The notes under the pieces were generated by a model. The model had not been told where the DNA came from. It ran no database searches and worked only from the letters and a program-made list of their open reading frames with translations. Of a stretch of DNA of 64,000 bases, positions 46,108-58,620 are shown in pieces. Position numbers and translations under genes: made by a program. Numbering within the stretch: the first letter of the stretch is position 1; the number at the start of each line of letters is the position of its first letter. Source of the DNA: Nitrospirota bacterium (GTDB lineage: Bacteria; Nitrospirota; UBA9217); NCBI GenBank assembly GCA_963741205.1, contig CAVUHW010000031.1, positions 78,008 to 142,007 of the forward strand, given 5' to 3'.

Positions 46108-46950
46108 CTAGGCTTCCTTAACGCAAAATACCAGCCTGCGGCCATCCCATGGGGTACGTTATCCGCAAGCTTGCAGTCGAGCGAATCAAGGGCATTGAAC
46201 ACTCGCGAGCCTCGCGGAATGATCCGTTGGAACAGGAGATACCAGAGAACGCCGAACCCGAGCCAGAAATTGGAATTGCGTATTTCAATTACGGTTAATC
46301 CATGTTGTCCCAGGAGCCGCTTTATGCTGCGTAATGTAAAAAACTGGACGTGACGGTCTCCCGTTTCTCCGACATTAGAGGACTGTATGTTTTCCGTTGT
46401 GACTGCCCTCGTGCGCCGGTAATGATCGATCATTGATCTGCCGAAATTTCGATTTGAAAAGCTGCGTGCGGAGCCAGTAAAGGAACTGTCCTCTGAGCTC
46501 CAACGGGCCGTAGCCGTTCGGGATCGTGATCAATAAAAGGCCGTCTTCCGCAAGGCGCGATTTGATGCGCTGTATCATGTCTCCGGGGTCTGTTAAATGC
46601 TCAAGTACTTCCGAGCAGATGATGATATCAAATTTTGCTGCGGCATCGAGAGTGCTCATGTCGCCGCATATGAAGGTAACATGCTTAAAGGGATTCGCAG
46701 CACGGGCCTTTGTTATAGATGCTGAATTAATATCTAGACCGATGATGTCGCACAGATCAAGGCTTCCCATGGATATGGCGATATTTCCGTTGCCGCAACC
46801 CACCTCAAGAACTGACAGTCTCCGTTGTTTTCTCGCGAAATCCTGTTCGATGTAGCGGGCAATAAAATCAAGCCGCTTAAGCCCCGAGGGCTCTTTATGA
46901 TACTCACCGAAATGATGATAGGGTTTTACAGGTTTCATTTGCCGGTGCAA
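46104..46950 (-). CDS. Class I SAM-dependent methyltransferase (one apparent frameshift)
   Basis: VLEVGCGNG, CSEVLEHL, TIPNGYG, HVQFFT. Confidence 0.85.
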
Positions 46951-47053
46951 ACTACCTTCCTCTAATGCATATTGCGTTGACGCGATCCACCATCATTGAC
47001 AAACTTAGTCGTGAGGGCCAGATTGTTAACAAGAGATCCCCAACGCGTTGTTT

Positions 47054-48070
47054 CTATCGAAAAAAACGGCTTGTTCTAGACATTACGCTGTTAAGTATCC
47101 GCCAGCAGTATCGTAAGAAGGCATAAAGGAACCGTGAAGAATTGATAAATCTCACACTAAATAACTGTAGGCGTGAATAACCGCACTTAATGAGCTTGAG
47201 TTCGAAATCGTTCCACCTGCTATTATCCGGGACCGTTCTTTTCAGTGCTACAAAATCATACCATCTCTAATCTGATGCATAACAGAAAGAAAAGAGCGAC
47301 TAACATCAGCATCAGGAAACAGGTGAGATGCAAGAATCAGATACCCACTTATGTCGATATTGAAACGATTGAATTGATCGCCCATTAAAAAACTATCATT
47401 ATCACCTCGGCATAAAACGAGAGGGTCTCGTACTGTACTTCAGCGAACCGCCTTTTTGTAAAATAGAAAATAATCTGAAAACATGAGCATAGTGACTGCC
47501 GGTAAATCGCTCGTCGTATGGGAACTCATTCCATCTTTCTCGGCGGACGACTATGGCACTCATGTAGCTGAAAAACGCACCGATTGATCGCGCTTTGTCA
47601 ATGTAGTTCATCATATCCTTTTTGGTTGAAAAAACAAAGACGCGGTCTTCGACATCCTTAGATAGCATTAGACGCTCTCTGAGTGGTGTCAACCCGAGGT
47701 CACAGTCGATTCTATTACATAAGTAAATATCATGACCTAAATGGGTTTCCTCCAGAATCCGTTGGATCGCGCCAGGTTTGAAAACATCGTCACTCGACAT
47801 TAGCCAGCAGTATTCTCCCTTGGCTAAATCAACGACTGCGGCCATATCCTTGTCGATGCCGCCTCTTTTATCCCGACGATGATAGCTGATCCATGGATGA
47901 TTGTGTTGAAACCCCCTAACGATTTCCGGAGTATTATCTGTCGACCCCCCGTCAAGTACGATAACATCGACATCATTATGTGCTTGATCAATGATGCTTT
48001 TGAGTGTTTCGCCTATGAACATGCCGAAATTATATGTTGGAATGCAGATTGAAAGTCGAATATTGTTCAT
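47054..48070 (-). CDS. GT2 glycosyltransferase, abequosyltransferase-like (apparent frameshifts)
   Basis: LSICIPTYN, DGGSTDNT, GEYCWLMSSDD, FSYMS. Confidence 0.8.
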
Positions 48071-48087
48071 CCTATATTTACCGTTCC

Positions 48088-49172
48088 TTAGATAATACTA
48101 TACAATTCCATATGTGCCTTAGCGATAGACTCCCACGTCATGAAGTGACTCAAGGTATGGTCGACATTTTTACGCCCGATATATAGATTCAACGCTTGAC
48201 GCATATCCTCAATATCGTCCACCCGCGCATAGTAAATATTGTCTGAATCAACGTAGCCATGACTATCTCGTGACGTTGTCAGCACAAACGTTCCCTGTAG
48301 AGCTGCTGCATGCAGAGAGGAATTCCACATCCCGCCCCCATCCCGAAATGGCAGAACAACTGCATCAGCTGCAGCCAATATTTTAGCTGTTTCAATAGCA
48401 GGTAAAAATCCAGTTATAGTAGCGTTATCACGCCACGGTCCCTGTTCAATCTTTTGCCTTAAAGTCTGGCAGTAGGGGTTGTTCTCGTCAAAAGCACCGA
48501 TTAAAATAATGTGATGCTTTGCGGTATCGGCAATTTCAAAAAGATATTCAATCCCTTTGTGAGGATATGGGAATCCAAAAAAACAAGCAAAGATTTTCGA
48601 GCGGATGTGAACTGCTTTTGTATGACAGTTCTTTCAACATCGTCGATTACCACGCGAGGAATTGCAGAAGCATTCGGTATGAATCGAAATTCTTTATGGC
48701 GAATCAACCAGCGGTATAAAACAGGCATTCGTTCTTTAAAGTTAGGCCTCACTGCGACAATGCCATGTGCCGCGATAACTCTTGGTATCATGGCCCAATG
48801 TACGGACTCCCTCGTGTAATACTCATGCCAGGTTTGCACAATTTTAACGCCTAAGAATAACAGCATGGGTGGCAGGTGATAGGGTAGACGCCCTCTGCGA
48901 TAGCCATGAGTAGGATATTGAATATGCGCGATATCGGGTTTCCATTGTTTTACTATCTTGACGACCTGTGAAAATTCTCGTAATTTCCAATCACGTATTA
49001 TGGGGAATATTTCAAGATTTGATTTTGATATGTCGACTCCGGCCCCCACAGTCGTGATAACAGCGACGTCGGTATTTGGGCATTTCATCAATGCCTGTGC
49101 CAAAGAAGCAGTATAGTCGCCGACACCACACTTCATCGGTGGGAAAGACCCTGTGATAATCAAGATTCGCAT
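48088..49172 (-). CDS. GT4 glycosyltransferase (one apparent frameshift)
   Basis: GSFPPMKCGVGDY, HIQYP, ADAVVLPFRDG. Confidence 0.85.
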
Positions 49173-49219
49173 AAAATATATTCACAACTCCAAGCAAGAG
49201 CAAATTAATGTCTTTGAAC

Positions 49220-49964
49220 TTACCCGTTTGCAATCCTACTGGTCGAAAATTTCTGGAGGGCCAGCCACGCAAAAGTATACTTTCGTTCTGCACACTCTAT
49301 CGGCCTCTCCTGCGCGGCAAGATCGATATTCCCACAGGGCGCTAATTTATATGCACGAGCTTCATCAATAAAGGCGAGCACTTCCTGTTTAGAGAAAATC
49401 TTCCAGTCCATGCCAAAGAAGGGAACACCGGTCGTGTCGATCTTCTCAGGCCAGTAATCGAAGGACGCAATAAAATATCCGCCAGGACGAAGTAACCGGG
49501 TGACTTCTGTCAGCAAGGCAACACTGTTAAACCCGTGCTCGATCACCGAGGTAGACGTGATGGCCATAAACGTTTCGTTCTTAAATGGTGTGTGCATAAA
49601 GTCAGATACCACAAACCGGATTTTATCCGAATAAGGCATCTTTTTGATATCAGGATTTAGATCGATGCCGGTCAAATTGGAATAATTTAGTCGATGGAGG
49701 ATACAAAGAATTTCCGAAGCATATGCGCCGATATCAAGGATTGGTGCGTCCTTTTGAACGGTGTTTTCGACAAATTGTGTGGTTTTTAATACATCCCAGC
49801 TTTTTACTTCATCGCCCACCTTAATTTTATTTGCGAGACCTAGCTTGCGCGTAAAGTACTTTAATTTTGTGTCGGTACATTATATACTGCGGTTACATAA
49901 GTCTCGACCGCGCCTGATCTACTTGAGACATTGTTTTTAAAACGGCGACGGACATGTTGTTCAT
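49220..49964 (-). CDS. SAM-dependent methyltransferase (apparent frameshifts)
   Basis: KSWD, ILDIGA, SVIEHG, LRPGG..FDYWP. Confidence 0.8.
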
Positions 49965-49966
49965 AC

Positions 49967-51385
49967 TCACTTTCGTAGAATAAAGACATATCTGTGAATT
50001 TTATAAATTGCCTCAAATAATTCTAGGATAAATTCGATTTTTTCCATCCAGTAGAGTTTCAAATGGGTTCTTACTGGATAGTCGGCTCGTCTTATTACGA
50101 TATCATCAAAACTATTTTTGCTTTCAACATACTGTTTTGTATAAAACCATCCCTTACACAGGCGGTCTATGTGACCAAACCACATGTCTATTTGGGCGTG
50201 TGTCATTTCGTGTAGCGAACTTATATTAATGAATAGATTTCCAAACATTTGATCCGGTAGATGCTCAACTTTAGCCGGTGATAAAAAGGCTATTGCAGAC
50301 CCCTCGAACTCATGCTGAATCTCAGTGTAACTTGAAAAGTCCCTAATTTGAACACTCGATGTTTAGGAAATAAGTTGGACAGATACCATTGCGAAACATA
50401 TAAAGCTGGTGGTATGTCTCAGACGATTATCTGGAATATTCGGAACAGCTTGCAGTAAGACATTGCCGACGCGGCCATGACCTGCTCCTAGTTCCATAAC
50501 TCGAAGTCTTTTTTTAGGATTATAATTAATATATTTCATGATTGTATTGACCTCCATCACGGAATTGCAAATATCTTGGCGTAACCTTTCGTCCCTTGTA
50601 CTCCAATTGCAACTGGGTTGCCAAGTATAGGTTCATCCAGTTGATTGAACAATTTTAGCCGATCATTTCTAATAGTGAATTCACACAACAGACTTAGAAA
50701 TTCAGCATAGCGAAGCCATTTTATTTCTTGTAAATTTATCGTTGTCTCTGTCCTTGCTATCAAAATGAACGGATGCTTGAGCATTTTCTAAATCAGCATT
50801 TGACCACTTGAGCTCTTTTGTTAAGGCTTGAAATTGCGTATTCACATCTAAATTAGCAGTCCAATTAAAATAATTGTTATTAACTGTGCGTTTAAAATTT
50901 ACAATCCCACCAGTTTCAAGTTGGAAAGTGTTAAATATCATAAAATAAAGCCATAGCTTAGAAGGCTGATAAATCGTAGGTGATTTAGCAAGCGTTTTTA
51001 TCATCAGAATAATTTCAGGAGTTTCTACTACATGTAAAATAGCTTGATAAAACTTATCATTCAAATTGCCATACTGTGCCAGGTCGAGTCCAAGATTATA
51101 TACAGTTGATAACGTAGGTTGAATGGCAATTGCTTTCTTGTAAAATGCACCCGCTTCCTTAAATCTATTTTGGTTCACAAAAATATAAGCTATTTGCAAG
51201 TATGCTTCCAAACATTTAGGGTCAATAACTATTGCTAAGTTAAAGAAGCATCGCAATTGCAAGCAAGTTGCAAACTGACCAAGTAATGTACCAACTTTTG
51301 ACAATATTTTAGCGGTAATGTATAAATAGGGTTTAGAATGCATAAGTAAATATCCTTTAGTGTTTGAATAATCTGAATGTTGCAT
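49967..51385 (-). CDS. Putative sugar O-methyltransferase with N-terminal TPR-like segment (apparent frameshifts)
   Basis: PSKLW, NFKRTVNNNYF, GNP, MELGAGHGR, FINISSLHEM; low GC. Confidence 0.7.
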
Positions 51386-51387
51386 AA

Positions 51388-52891
51388 CTATATTTCAATT
51401 TTGATAACTGAATCATCAGCCATGATCTCATATGTGGCGCCGTACAAGCGGCAGCCGCAAGTGCTCCGATCAACAGGGCTGGCAAAATTGTAATCGATTT
51501 TATGGCTGGCATTGGGCTCGTAACCAGTAAGCGCACAACACCTGACGAAAACGAGGACGGTAACTACAGGTGGGAGGGTATCTCTGCGAAACCATGCCCA
51601 TGCTTCACTTTTTAGTAAACGACGATGAGTAAGCGGAACTCCAAGCAATAGATTTATGATGTTCAGCACGACCCATACAGCGGCAGCACCCAATGCACCG
51701 AAATGTATAGTCATAAAAATAAATCGCAGGAACAAGAGAAATAATTAGAAAAATAGTGATTATTGAAGCGAGGCTGGTCCATCCATGTGATAATTGCAGA
51801 TGCATAGGGCAAGTCATCAGGCAGTTCAAAGCCATTCCGATCACGAGCAGGCTGACAATAGGAGAGGCGATACTGGCTGTTTTAGCATTGCCCGTCCATA
51901 AAAGCAGAATGTCAAAAGAAAAGAATGATAGCACTGCAGCTACTGGCAAAACAAGCACCGCCATGAGCTGGGAACCTTGATGGTATAAGAGTTTGAGCGC
52001 TGGTTCATCGTGCATGGTCCAGCGATGTAAAGCGCGGAAAGACGGCATTGAAAATCGGTCCAGCCAGCATGATCGGCACGACACTGCTCACCACACCTGC
52101 AAGCGTATAATAGCCGAACATTTCGAGACTGAGCAGCTTGCTCAGGATCACTTTATCGAGTTGCGTCAATATGATAGCGGAGATGGAAATGCCGCTCATG
52201 CCCGCGGCAAATCGCCAGATATTTCGCAGCAAGTTCGGGTTGAATACTGGGGGACGATCTGCTGGCGGCAGGCTGCGCCAAAGTGAGACCATAAATAAGA
52301 GTAACGCAAGAGCGCTTACAAAAATTTGCCATGTAAAAAAAGCAGTGATGGTCGGAGAAACTTTCCAGAGTATGAATACAGCCCCAAAACTGCCGAGCGT
52401 GGATATGCCGATTTTAATGCTGTTAGATAACACCTGTTTCTGCAGACCCATAAGGCCGCCATCATAAAAACTGAGCGGCCATTGGAATGCGGCCACAACA
52501 CCCATGATCATCACCGCGTGATAAATGGTTTGAACAGGGATAGTACCGGGTTTGATCCAGTGTCCAGCAATGAACGGTGCCGCGATCAATACTCCGATGC
52601 CGATAACAATCCCGATCGCCCAGTACCCGACTTCCAGGGTTCTCACAAGGTCACGCGCTTCACCTGCTTTATCAGGAAGCGGGAATATCGGGCCATTTCC
52701 CGATTCATGGTCTGGCTCAGACCGAAATCAAGTATCTGGAATGCGCCCTGAAGCATTGCAAAAAAACCGATCAAGCCATAAGCTTCGATACCAAGAAACT
52801 TGATATAAAGCGGAACAAAAGCCAGGGCCATCAATGCAGCCCAGCCCTGTCCAGCAAAATTCGCGATGATATTTCGTTTTACAACGGTCAT
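51388..52891 (-). CDS. wzx: Wzx-type oligosaccharide flippase (apparent frameshifts)
   Basis: NIIANFAGQGW, EAYGLIGF, LTQLDKVILSKLL..FGYYTLA, GAA. Confidence 0.85.
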
Positions 52892-52934
52892 GCAACGGCC
52901 TCTATAGATATGCAGCGTATAAATTAATTACGGT

Positions 52935-54169
52935 CTATACGATCTCAATTTCCGGAAACGGGAATATCATCTTCCCGCCATTTGTCAGATACTCCTTCTC
53001 CCGCCGGAGGATCCCGTCCTTGAAGTGCCAGGGAAGCACAAAGAAATAATCCGGCTTCATTGCCCGGGCTTCTTGCTCTGATATGATCGGAATATGCGTT
53101 CCCGGTGTAAAGCAGCCGAATTTTTCGGGATTAACTTCCGCGATCGCAGGAATATCTTTGTTCGTCAAGCCGCAGAACTGGAGAACTACATTGCCTTTTG
53201 TCGAGGCGCCATAGCCGAGGATTTTTTTCCGTCTGCGTTCAACGCCCGGATCAACCGTGTGAGGTCATCCCGATGGCGGAAAACACGCTCTTCGAAGTCA
53301 CGGTAGGGGCGGGAGTATTCAGACCCATCCGGTGTTCCTGCTCAAGCAGCCAGTCGATGACCGCGAGGTTCTGAACAATGCTGCGATTCCCGGCCTTTGC
53401 CGCGGTCACGGCAAAACTGCCTCCGTTGATCGCATTCATCACAACATCCACGATCTTGAGTCCGGCTTTCTCCAGAATATTCTTAACCACGCCGAGCGAG
53501 TAGTACTCGAGGTGTTCATGGCAGATCGTGTCATAAGAATTCATGCGGAGCATGGAAGGCATATAGCTCTGCTCAAAATGCCATATTCCGTCATCAGCAA
53601 GGACTGATTCTATCTGCTTCGCAAATTCGACCGGCGAATCGAGATCGTAAAACATCGCAATAGAGGTAACAATGCGCGCGGGCCGGGATTCAACGGAGCG
53701 ATAGCGGTCGGCTGAAAAAAAGTCGGGGACGAGTTTAATATCGTCCGTATAGTATTGGGCGAACTTCGTTCCCGTCGGATCAATGCCGATCCTCTTGATC
53801 CCGGAGGTTAAATAGGCCTTAAGGTGGTCGCGTCGTTGCTGCCGATATCGAGCACCCTGTCGCCGGGTTTCAGGTCGGCCAGCCGCTCCAGATATCGGAC
53901 CTTTTCCGTCAGATGGTTTACCATCGATTGGTTGAGCCCCGAACGGTAACCATAATTCAGGCCGTACATTTCACCGGGATCATAGGAGTGGCGGAGCTGC
54001 AGCAGGCCGCCGTCAGGACACCAGACGAGTTCAAGGGGGCCGGAGGTGATTTGTTCGGATGAGCTTTTCGGGAATACCCCGGTCAAGACCTGATGCCCGA
54101 GATTCAGGACCGACACCAGGTTTTTGCTTCCGCTCACGCGGCATTTTCGATTTCTTTGTATGCAGTCAT
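52935..54169 (-). CDS. NDP-hexose C-methyltransferase (apparent frameshifts)
   Basis: YGYRSGLNQSM, LDIGSND, YDTICHEHLEYY, GYGASTKGN, PWHFK. Confidence 0.85.
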
Positions 54170-54277
54170 GAAAACACCTCCTTAAGTATCGTCGAGTTAC
54201 CAGTGTTCGGTTTAGAAACATCGCGTTCACTTTTTGCGGCCTCCCGCATGCCGAAACCACTCGAGTTTTGCGTCCTT

Positions 54278-54610
54278 CTATTTCATCTTCTTGAAGGTGT
54301 CGTTCTGAAGGACCAGCGTATCACTTCCTTCAAGGTGTCCCTCCGCCGTCGCCGGGGCAGGGGCGCCCGGCATGTTCACCTCGACCTTGAACTGCTTATC
54401 GCCCGTCATCGTCCATTTGAATCCAAGATCAGCGGGAATATTCGCCTGCGTTCTCTGGTGGATGACGCCGGTCTTGTCTTTTTTAAATTCAATGCTGCTC
54501 GATGTTTTTTCATTGATCCAGGTGCCGACTACTTTGGACTCCGGTTTGCTGCAGCTCAGAACCGACAACAATAAAAAAAATACTGCGAAGCTTGCAATGC
54601 CTGATCTCAT
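54278..54610 (-). CDS. Small lipoprotein
   Basis: Lipobox VLSC, then SKVVGTW..IEFKKD. Confidence 0.7.
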   Translation of the reverse strand: MRSGIASFAVFFLLLSVLSCSKPESKVVGTWINEKTSSSIEFKKDKTGVIHQRTQANIPADLGFKWTMTGDKQFKVEVNMPGAPAPATAEGHLEGSDTLVLQNDTFKKMK

Positions 54611-54710
54611 GATTTTCTCCCTTTTCGTGATGATAGTTTCGGTCGACGGACCCTGACGCTGTTTTCTCAGAACCGATTCCCTCCGTGCGAATGAAATTTT
54701 CCCGGCCGTG

Positions 54711-55314
54711 CTAAAAGATCCCCCGAAGGATCTTCTTTGGCCACGCCGTGAGCGATCAACTCCGCGGCAACGGCATCCCGTTTGAGATAGGTCGAACGAC
54801 AATGCTGTCGTACTGCATCTGTTTAACGGCCGAGAAGAGCTGTATTCCCCTGCCGAAGAAATTCTCCCCGGCGTGCTCTCCGTCAACGACGCCGGCAAGT
54901 TCCAGCGTCGTTTCCTGCAGTGTGATGTATGCAATCTCGGCCACCTCGTCCGCCCCTGCGAAGACGATCCGCTTTATGCCGTTTTTCTGCATGTCGTGGA
55001 AAAGCTGATGCAGATTTTTTCGCGCCTCGCGGTAGATCCGGGTATAGTCATGGAGAAGATCGTAGGTGAAGGCGGGTCTTCTCGGTAAAGCCCTTGGGCG
55101 TGAGATAATACGCATACCGTTTCGGGGGAATGGCCTTGACGCAAGAATCCCTTGGCGACGAGGTTCTTGAATAGGAATTGACCAGGCCGAGGGCGATGCC
55201 GAGGCGGCTGCTCAGGTCGCGTTGCGTGAGGGAGTCATTGTTCGAGAGCTCGTCGAGTATCTGCAGGGACGGTGCGGGTCCGCTCCCGGAAGGGGAGGTT
55301 CGGTCAATGTTCAT
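54711..55314 (-). CDS. EPS-cluster-associated MarR/winged-helix transcriptional regulator (apparent frameshifts)
   Basis: LTQRDLSSRLGIALGLVN, YYLTPKGFTEK; C-terminal GADEVAEIAY domain. Confidence 0.85.
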
Positions 55315-55323
55315 GGAATGAAC
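55309..55323. promoter_or_regulatory. Inverted repeat overlapping the regulator's start codon (putative autoregulatory operator)
   Basis: GTTCAT-GGA-ATGAAC. Confidence 0.45.
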
Positions 55324-55488
55324 ATACCATGAGGACATTGTATTGTCAATGGTTTTTCATTGGCGAGGTCATTTTTTGTAATAGCCGGCGTCCGAATTTC
55401 GTTACGGCGCACCCCAAGGAAAGCATCTCCCCAGCCCCTTTTTCGTCACTGAAGGCCACGACGCGGTCCCTTGCCGTTGTAAAATTCC

Positions 55489-55517
55489 TTGACATCTGTC
55501 AATCTATAAGTTACAAT
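55489..55517 (+). promoter_or_regulatory. Sigma-70 promoter; downstream ATG placement suggests a leaderless mRNA
   Basis: TTGACA-N17-TACAAT, ATG at 55525 with no RBS. Confidence 0.55.
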
Positions 55518-55524
55518 GTAATAC

Positions 55525-55655
55525 ATGAAGCTTATCATGGAGGGGGACTGCCTCATCAAGCTGACCAAGGCGGGCCTCAAGGAGCGTGTGTGCCAGGCTT
55601 TTTCACTTTGCATCCGCGTTCGCGTAAAGAGAGGAAGTCGTTGATAACGGGCAAG
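55525..55655 (+). pseudogene. 5' fragment of a PIN-domain-like protein, cut at the junction
   Basis: MKLIMEGDCLIKLTKAGLKERVCQAF...(K)EEVVDNG-like start, then the sequence switches abruptly to cusA. Confidence 0.55.
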
Positions 55656-58482
55656 CAATTCCAGGTCAACCTCGACCCGAACCGCCTGCAGGCCTACGGC
55701 ATTCCGGTCCGGCGGGTCGTCGAGGCGTTGCGCAGCGGCAACGTCGAGTCCGGCGGGCGGCTGCTGGAGTTCGGCGGCACCGAATACATGGTCCGCGGCC
55801 ACGGTTATGTCCGCTCGCTCAAAGACCTCGAGGACCTCGTCCTGGACAGCCGCAACGGCACGCCCATCCGGGTCCGCGATGTCGCCGAGGTGGCCCTCGG
55901 CCCCGACCTGCGGCGGGGCGTGACCGACCTGGACGGCACCGGCGAAGTCGTCTCCGGCATCGTCATCATGCGTCATGGTCAGAACGCCCTGGAGGTGATT
56001 GACCGGGTCAAGGCCAGGATTCGGGAAATCGAGCCGGGCCTGCCGCACGGCGTGAAGATCGTGCCGGTCTATGACCGCTCCGACCTGATCCACCGGTCCA
56101 TCAGCAACCTGAAGTCCACGCTCATCGAGGTGATCCTCACCGTGGTGCATTATCGTGTTCATCTTCCTGTGGCACCCGCCCAGCGCGATGATCCCGGCCA
56201 TCACCATTCCCATCGCGGTGCTGATCGCCTTCATCCCGTTCCGGATGATGGGGATCACCGCCAACCTCATGTCGCTCGGCCGGCATTGCCATTGCCGTCG
56301 GCGCGCTGGTGGATGCCGCCATCGTGGTGGTCGAGCAGGTCCACAAGGGCCTGGAACAATGGGAACGTGAAGGCCGCCGCGGGGACTACCAGGAAGTGGT
56401 GGTGCGCGCGATCAAGCAGGTCGCCGGCCCCAGCTTCTTTGCGCTGCTGGTCATCGCGGTGTCGTTTCTGCCGGTGCTGACCCTCGAAGCGGAGGAAGGG
56501 CGGCTGTTCAAGCCGCTGGCCTACACCAAGAGCCTCTCGATGATCGTCGCCGCCGTGCTGGCCATCACGCTCGATCCGGCGCTGCGCGTGACCCTCACTC
56601 ACGTCCGGACATTCCGCTTCCGGCCCCAATGGCTGAGCCGCCTGACCACTAGCCTGCTGGCCGGACGGATTCGTTCCGAAACCGAGCATCCCATCAGCCG
56701 CGTGCTGATCCGCCTGTATGATCCGGTGCTGACGTGGGTGCTGCGGCACAAATGGCTGGTGCTGGGCGGCGGCGGCGCTGCTGGTGGTCTCCGACCGTGC
56801 CGGTGTATCTTCAAGCTCGGCTCCGAGTTCATGCCGCCGCTGGAGGAGGGCTCCATCCTTTACATGCCTTCCACCATGCCGGGCATTTCCATCGGCGAAG
56901 CGCAGAAGGTGCTCCAGGTCACCGACCGGATACTGCGGCAGTTCCCCGAAGTGGACCGCGTGCTGGGCAAAGCGGGCCGCGCGCGAGACGGCCACCGACC
57001 CCGCGCCGCTCTCGATGCTCGAAACGGTGATCACCCTCAAACCCAAGTCGCAATGGCGGCATGTGGACACGTGGTATTCGGGCTGGGCGCCGGGCTGGCT
57101 GGCGGCGGTGCTGCGCCACATCACGCCGGACCGCATCTCGCAGGAGCAACTCATCAGCCAGATGAACGCCGCGCTGCAAATCCCCGGCCTGGCCAACGGC
57201 TGGACCATGCCCATCAAGGGCCGCATCGAGATGCTCACCACCGGCTTCCGCACCCCGCTCGGGCTGAAGATCGCGGGCGCGGACCTCGGCGTCATGGAGC
57301 AGATCGGCACCAAGGTCGAGACCGTGCTCAAGGACGTGCCCGGCACGCGCAGCGTGTTTGCCGAACGCACCGGCAGCGGCTACTTCCTCGATATCGAATG
57401 GGACCGCCCGGCGCTGGCCCGCTACGGGCTGACGCGTCGAAGAGGCGCAGACCGCCGTCGGCAACGCCATCGGCGGCGAGAACGTCACCACCGTCATCCG
57501 CGGCCAGGAACGTTACCCCGTCAACGTCCGCTACCTGCGCGACTTCCGCTCCGACCTCAGCAGCATCGAGCGCGTGCTGCGTGGCTGCCGGCGACGGCCA
57601 GACCCAGATCCCGCTTGGCCAACTGGCCCGGGTGCACCTCACCACCGGCCCCTCCATGATCCGCAACGAGAACGGCCTGCTGACCGGCTACGTGTATGTG
57701 GATGCGGCCGGGACCGGACTTGCAGAGCTACATCGCCCAGGCCGACCGGGTCCTGCGCGAGCAAATCCAACTGCCGGCCGGCTACGCGCTGCTCTGGAGC
57801 GGACAGTATGAGGCGATGGCGCGGGTGGCGCAGCGGCTGCGGGTGATCATCCCGCTGACGCTGTTCCTGGCCCTGTTCCTGATCTACCTCAACACCCGCT
57901 CCCTGACCAAGACCGGCCATCGTCCTGCTCGCCGTGCCGTTTTCCGCCGTCGGCGCCATCTGGTTCCTCTACCTGCTGGGCTACAACATGAGCATCGGCG
58001 TCTGGGTGGGCCTCATCGCCTTGCTCGGCGTGGATGCCGAGACGGGGGTGTTCATGCTGATCTACCTGGACCTGGCCTATGAGCGGGCCAAAGAGCAGGG
58101 CCGCTTGCGCAACCTGGCCGATTTGCAGGCCGCCATCCGCTACGGCGCCGTCCAGCGGCTCCGGCCCAAGTTCATGACCGTCGCCACCATGTTCCTTGGG
58201 CTGGTGCCCATCATGTGGTCCACCGGCACCGGCGCGGATGTGATGAAGCGCATCGCCGCCCCCATGATCGGCGGCATCTTCACTTCGTTCCTCCTGGAGC
58301 TGCTGGTCTATCCGGGCATTTACCAGGTGTGGAAGTGGCATTTTGAGTTGAAGCCCAGCCTTGAGCCTGCCCGGCAAGCGCCCGTTCCGGAGCTGGAGCC
58401 CGTGGAGCCTAGCGCGGTTACACGGCTGCAGCGCCTTCCTCCTGTCAGGATTATCGGGGGCGGCCGCATGCGATTGCGGTGA
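55650..58482 (+). CDS. cusA: CusA/CzcA heavy-metal RND efflux transporter, 5'-truncated (apparent frameshifts)
   Basis: Begins mid-protein at KQFQVNLDP; NLMSLG, EGRLFKPLAYTK, GSEFMPPL, WTMPIKGRIEML, GVDAETGV, RLRPKFMT. Confidence 0.9.
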
Positions 58483-58493
58483 AGTGCATTTAG

Positions 58494-58620
58494 GCTCTTG
58501 GAAGGCGCTTCCAAAGCTATTGCACGGCTATTACACAGCTATTGCACGGCTATTGTACGGCTCTGTTACGGCTACGCAAGCTCTGCCAAAGCTCTGCCAA
58601 AGCTCTTCCAAGGCTCTGCC
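58494..58620. repeat. Degenerate 11-bp tandem repeat array (GCT-anchored)
   Basis: GCTATTGCACG GCTATTACACA GCTATTGCACG GCTATTGTACG GCTCTGTTACG ... GCTCTGCCAAA GCTCTGCCAAA GCTCTTCCAAG. Confidence 0.8.

Noticed and set aside
55272-55649. N-terminal extension of the 402-aa ORF as a real CusA N-terminus
   Set aside because: It is non-homologous read-through across a promoter and the PIN-like fragment; CusA similarity begins only at ~55650
58494-58620. CRISPR array (also considered for the 21.2-22.6 kb repeats)
   Set aside because: No constant repeat with unique spacers and no cas genes; the 21-22 kb repeats are coding propeller blades
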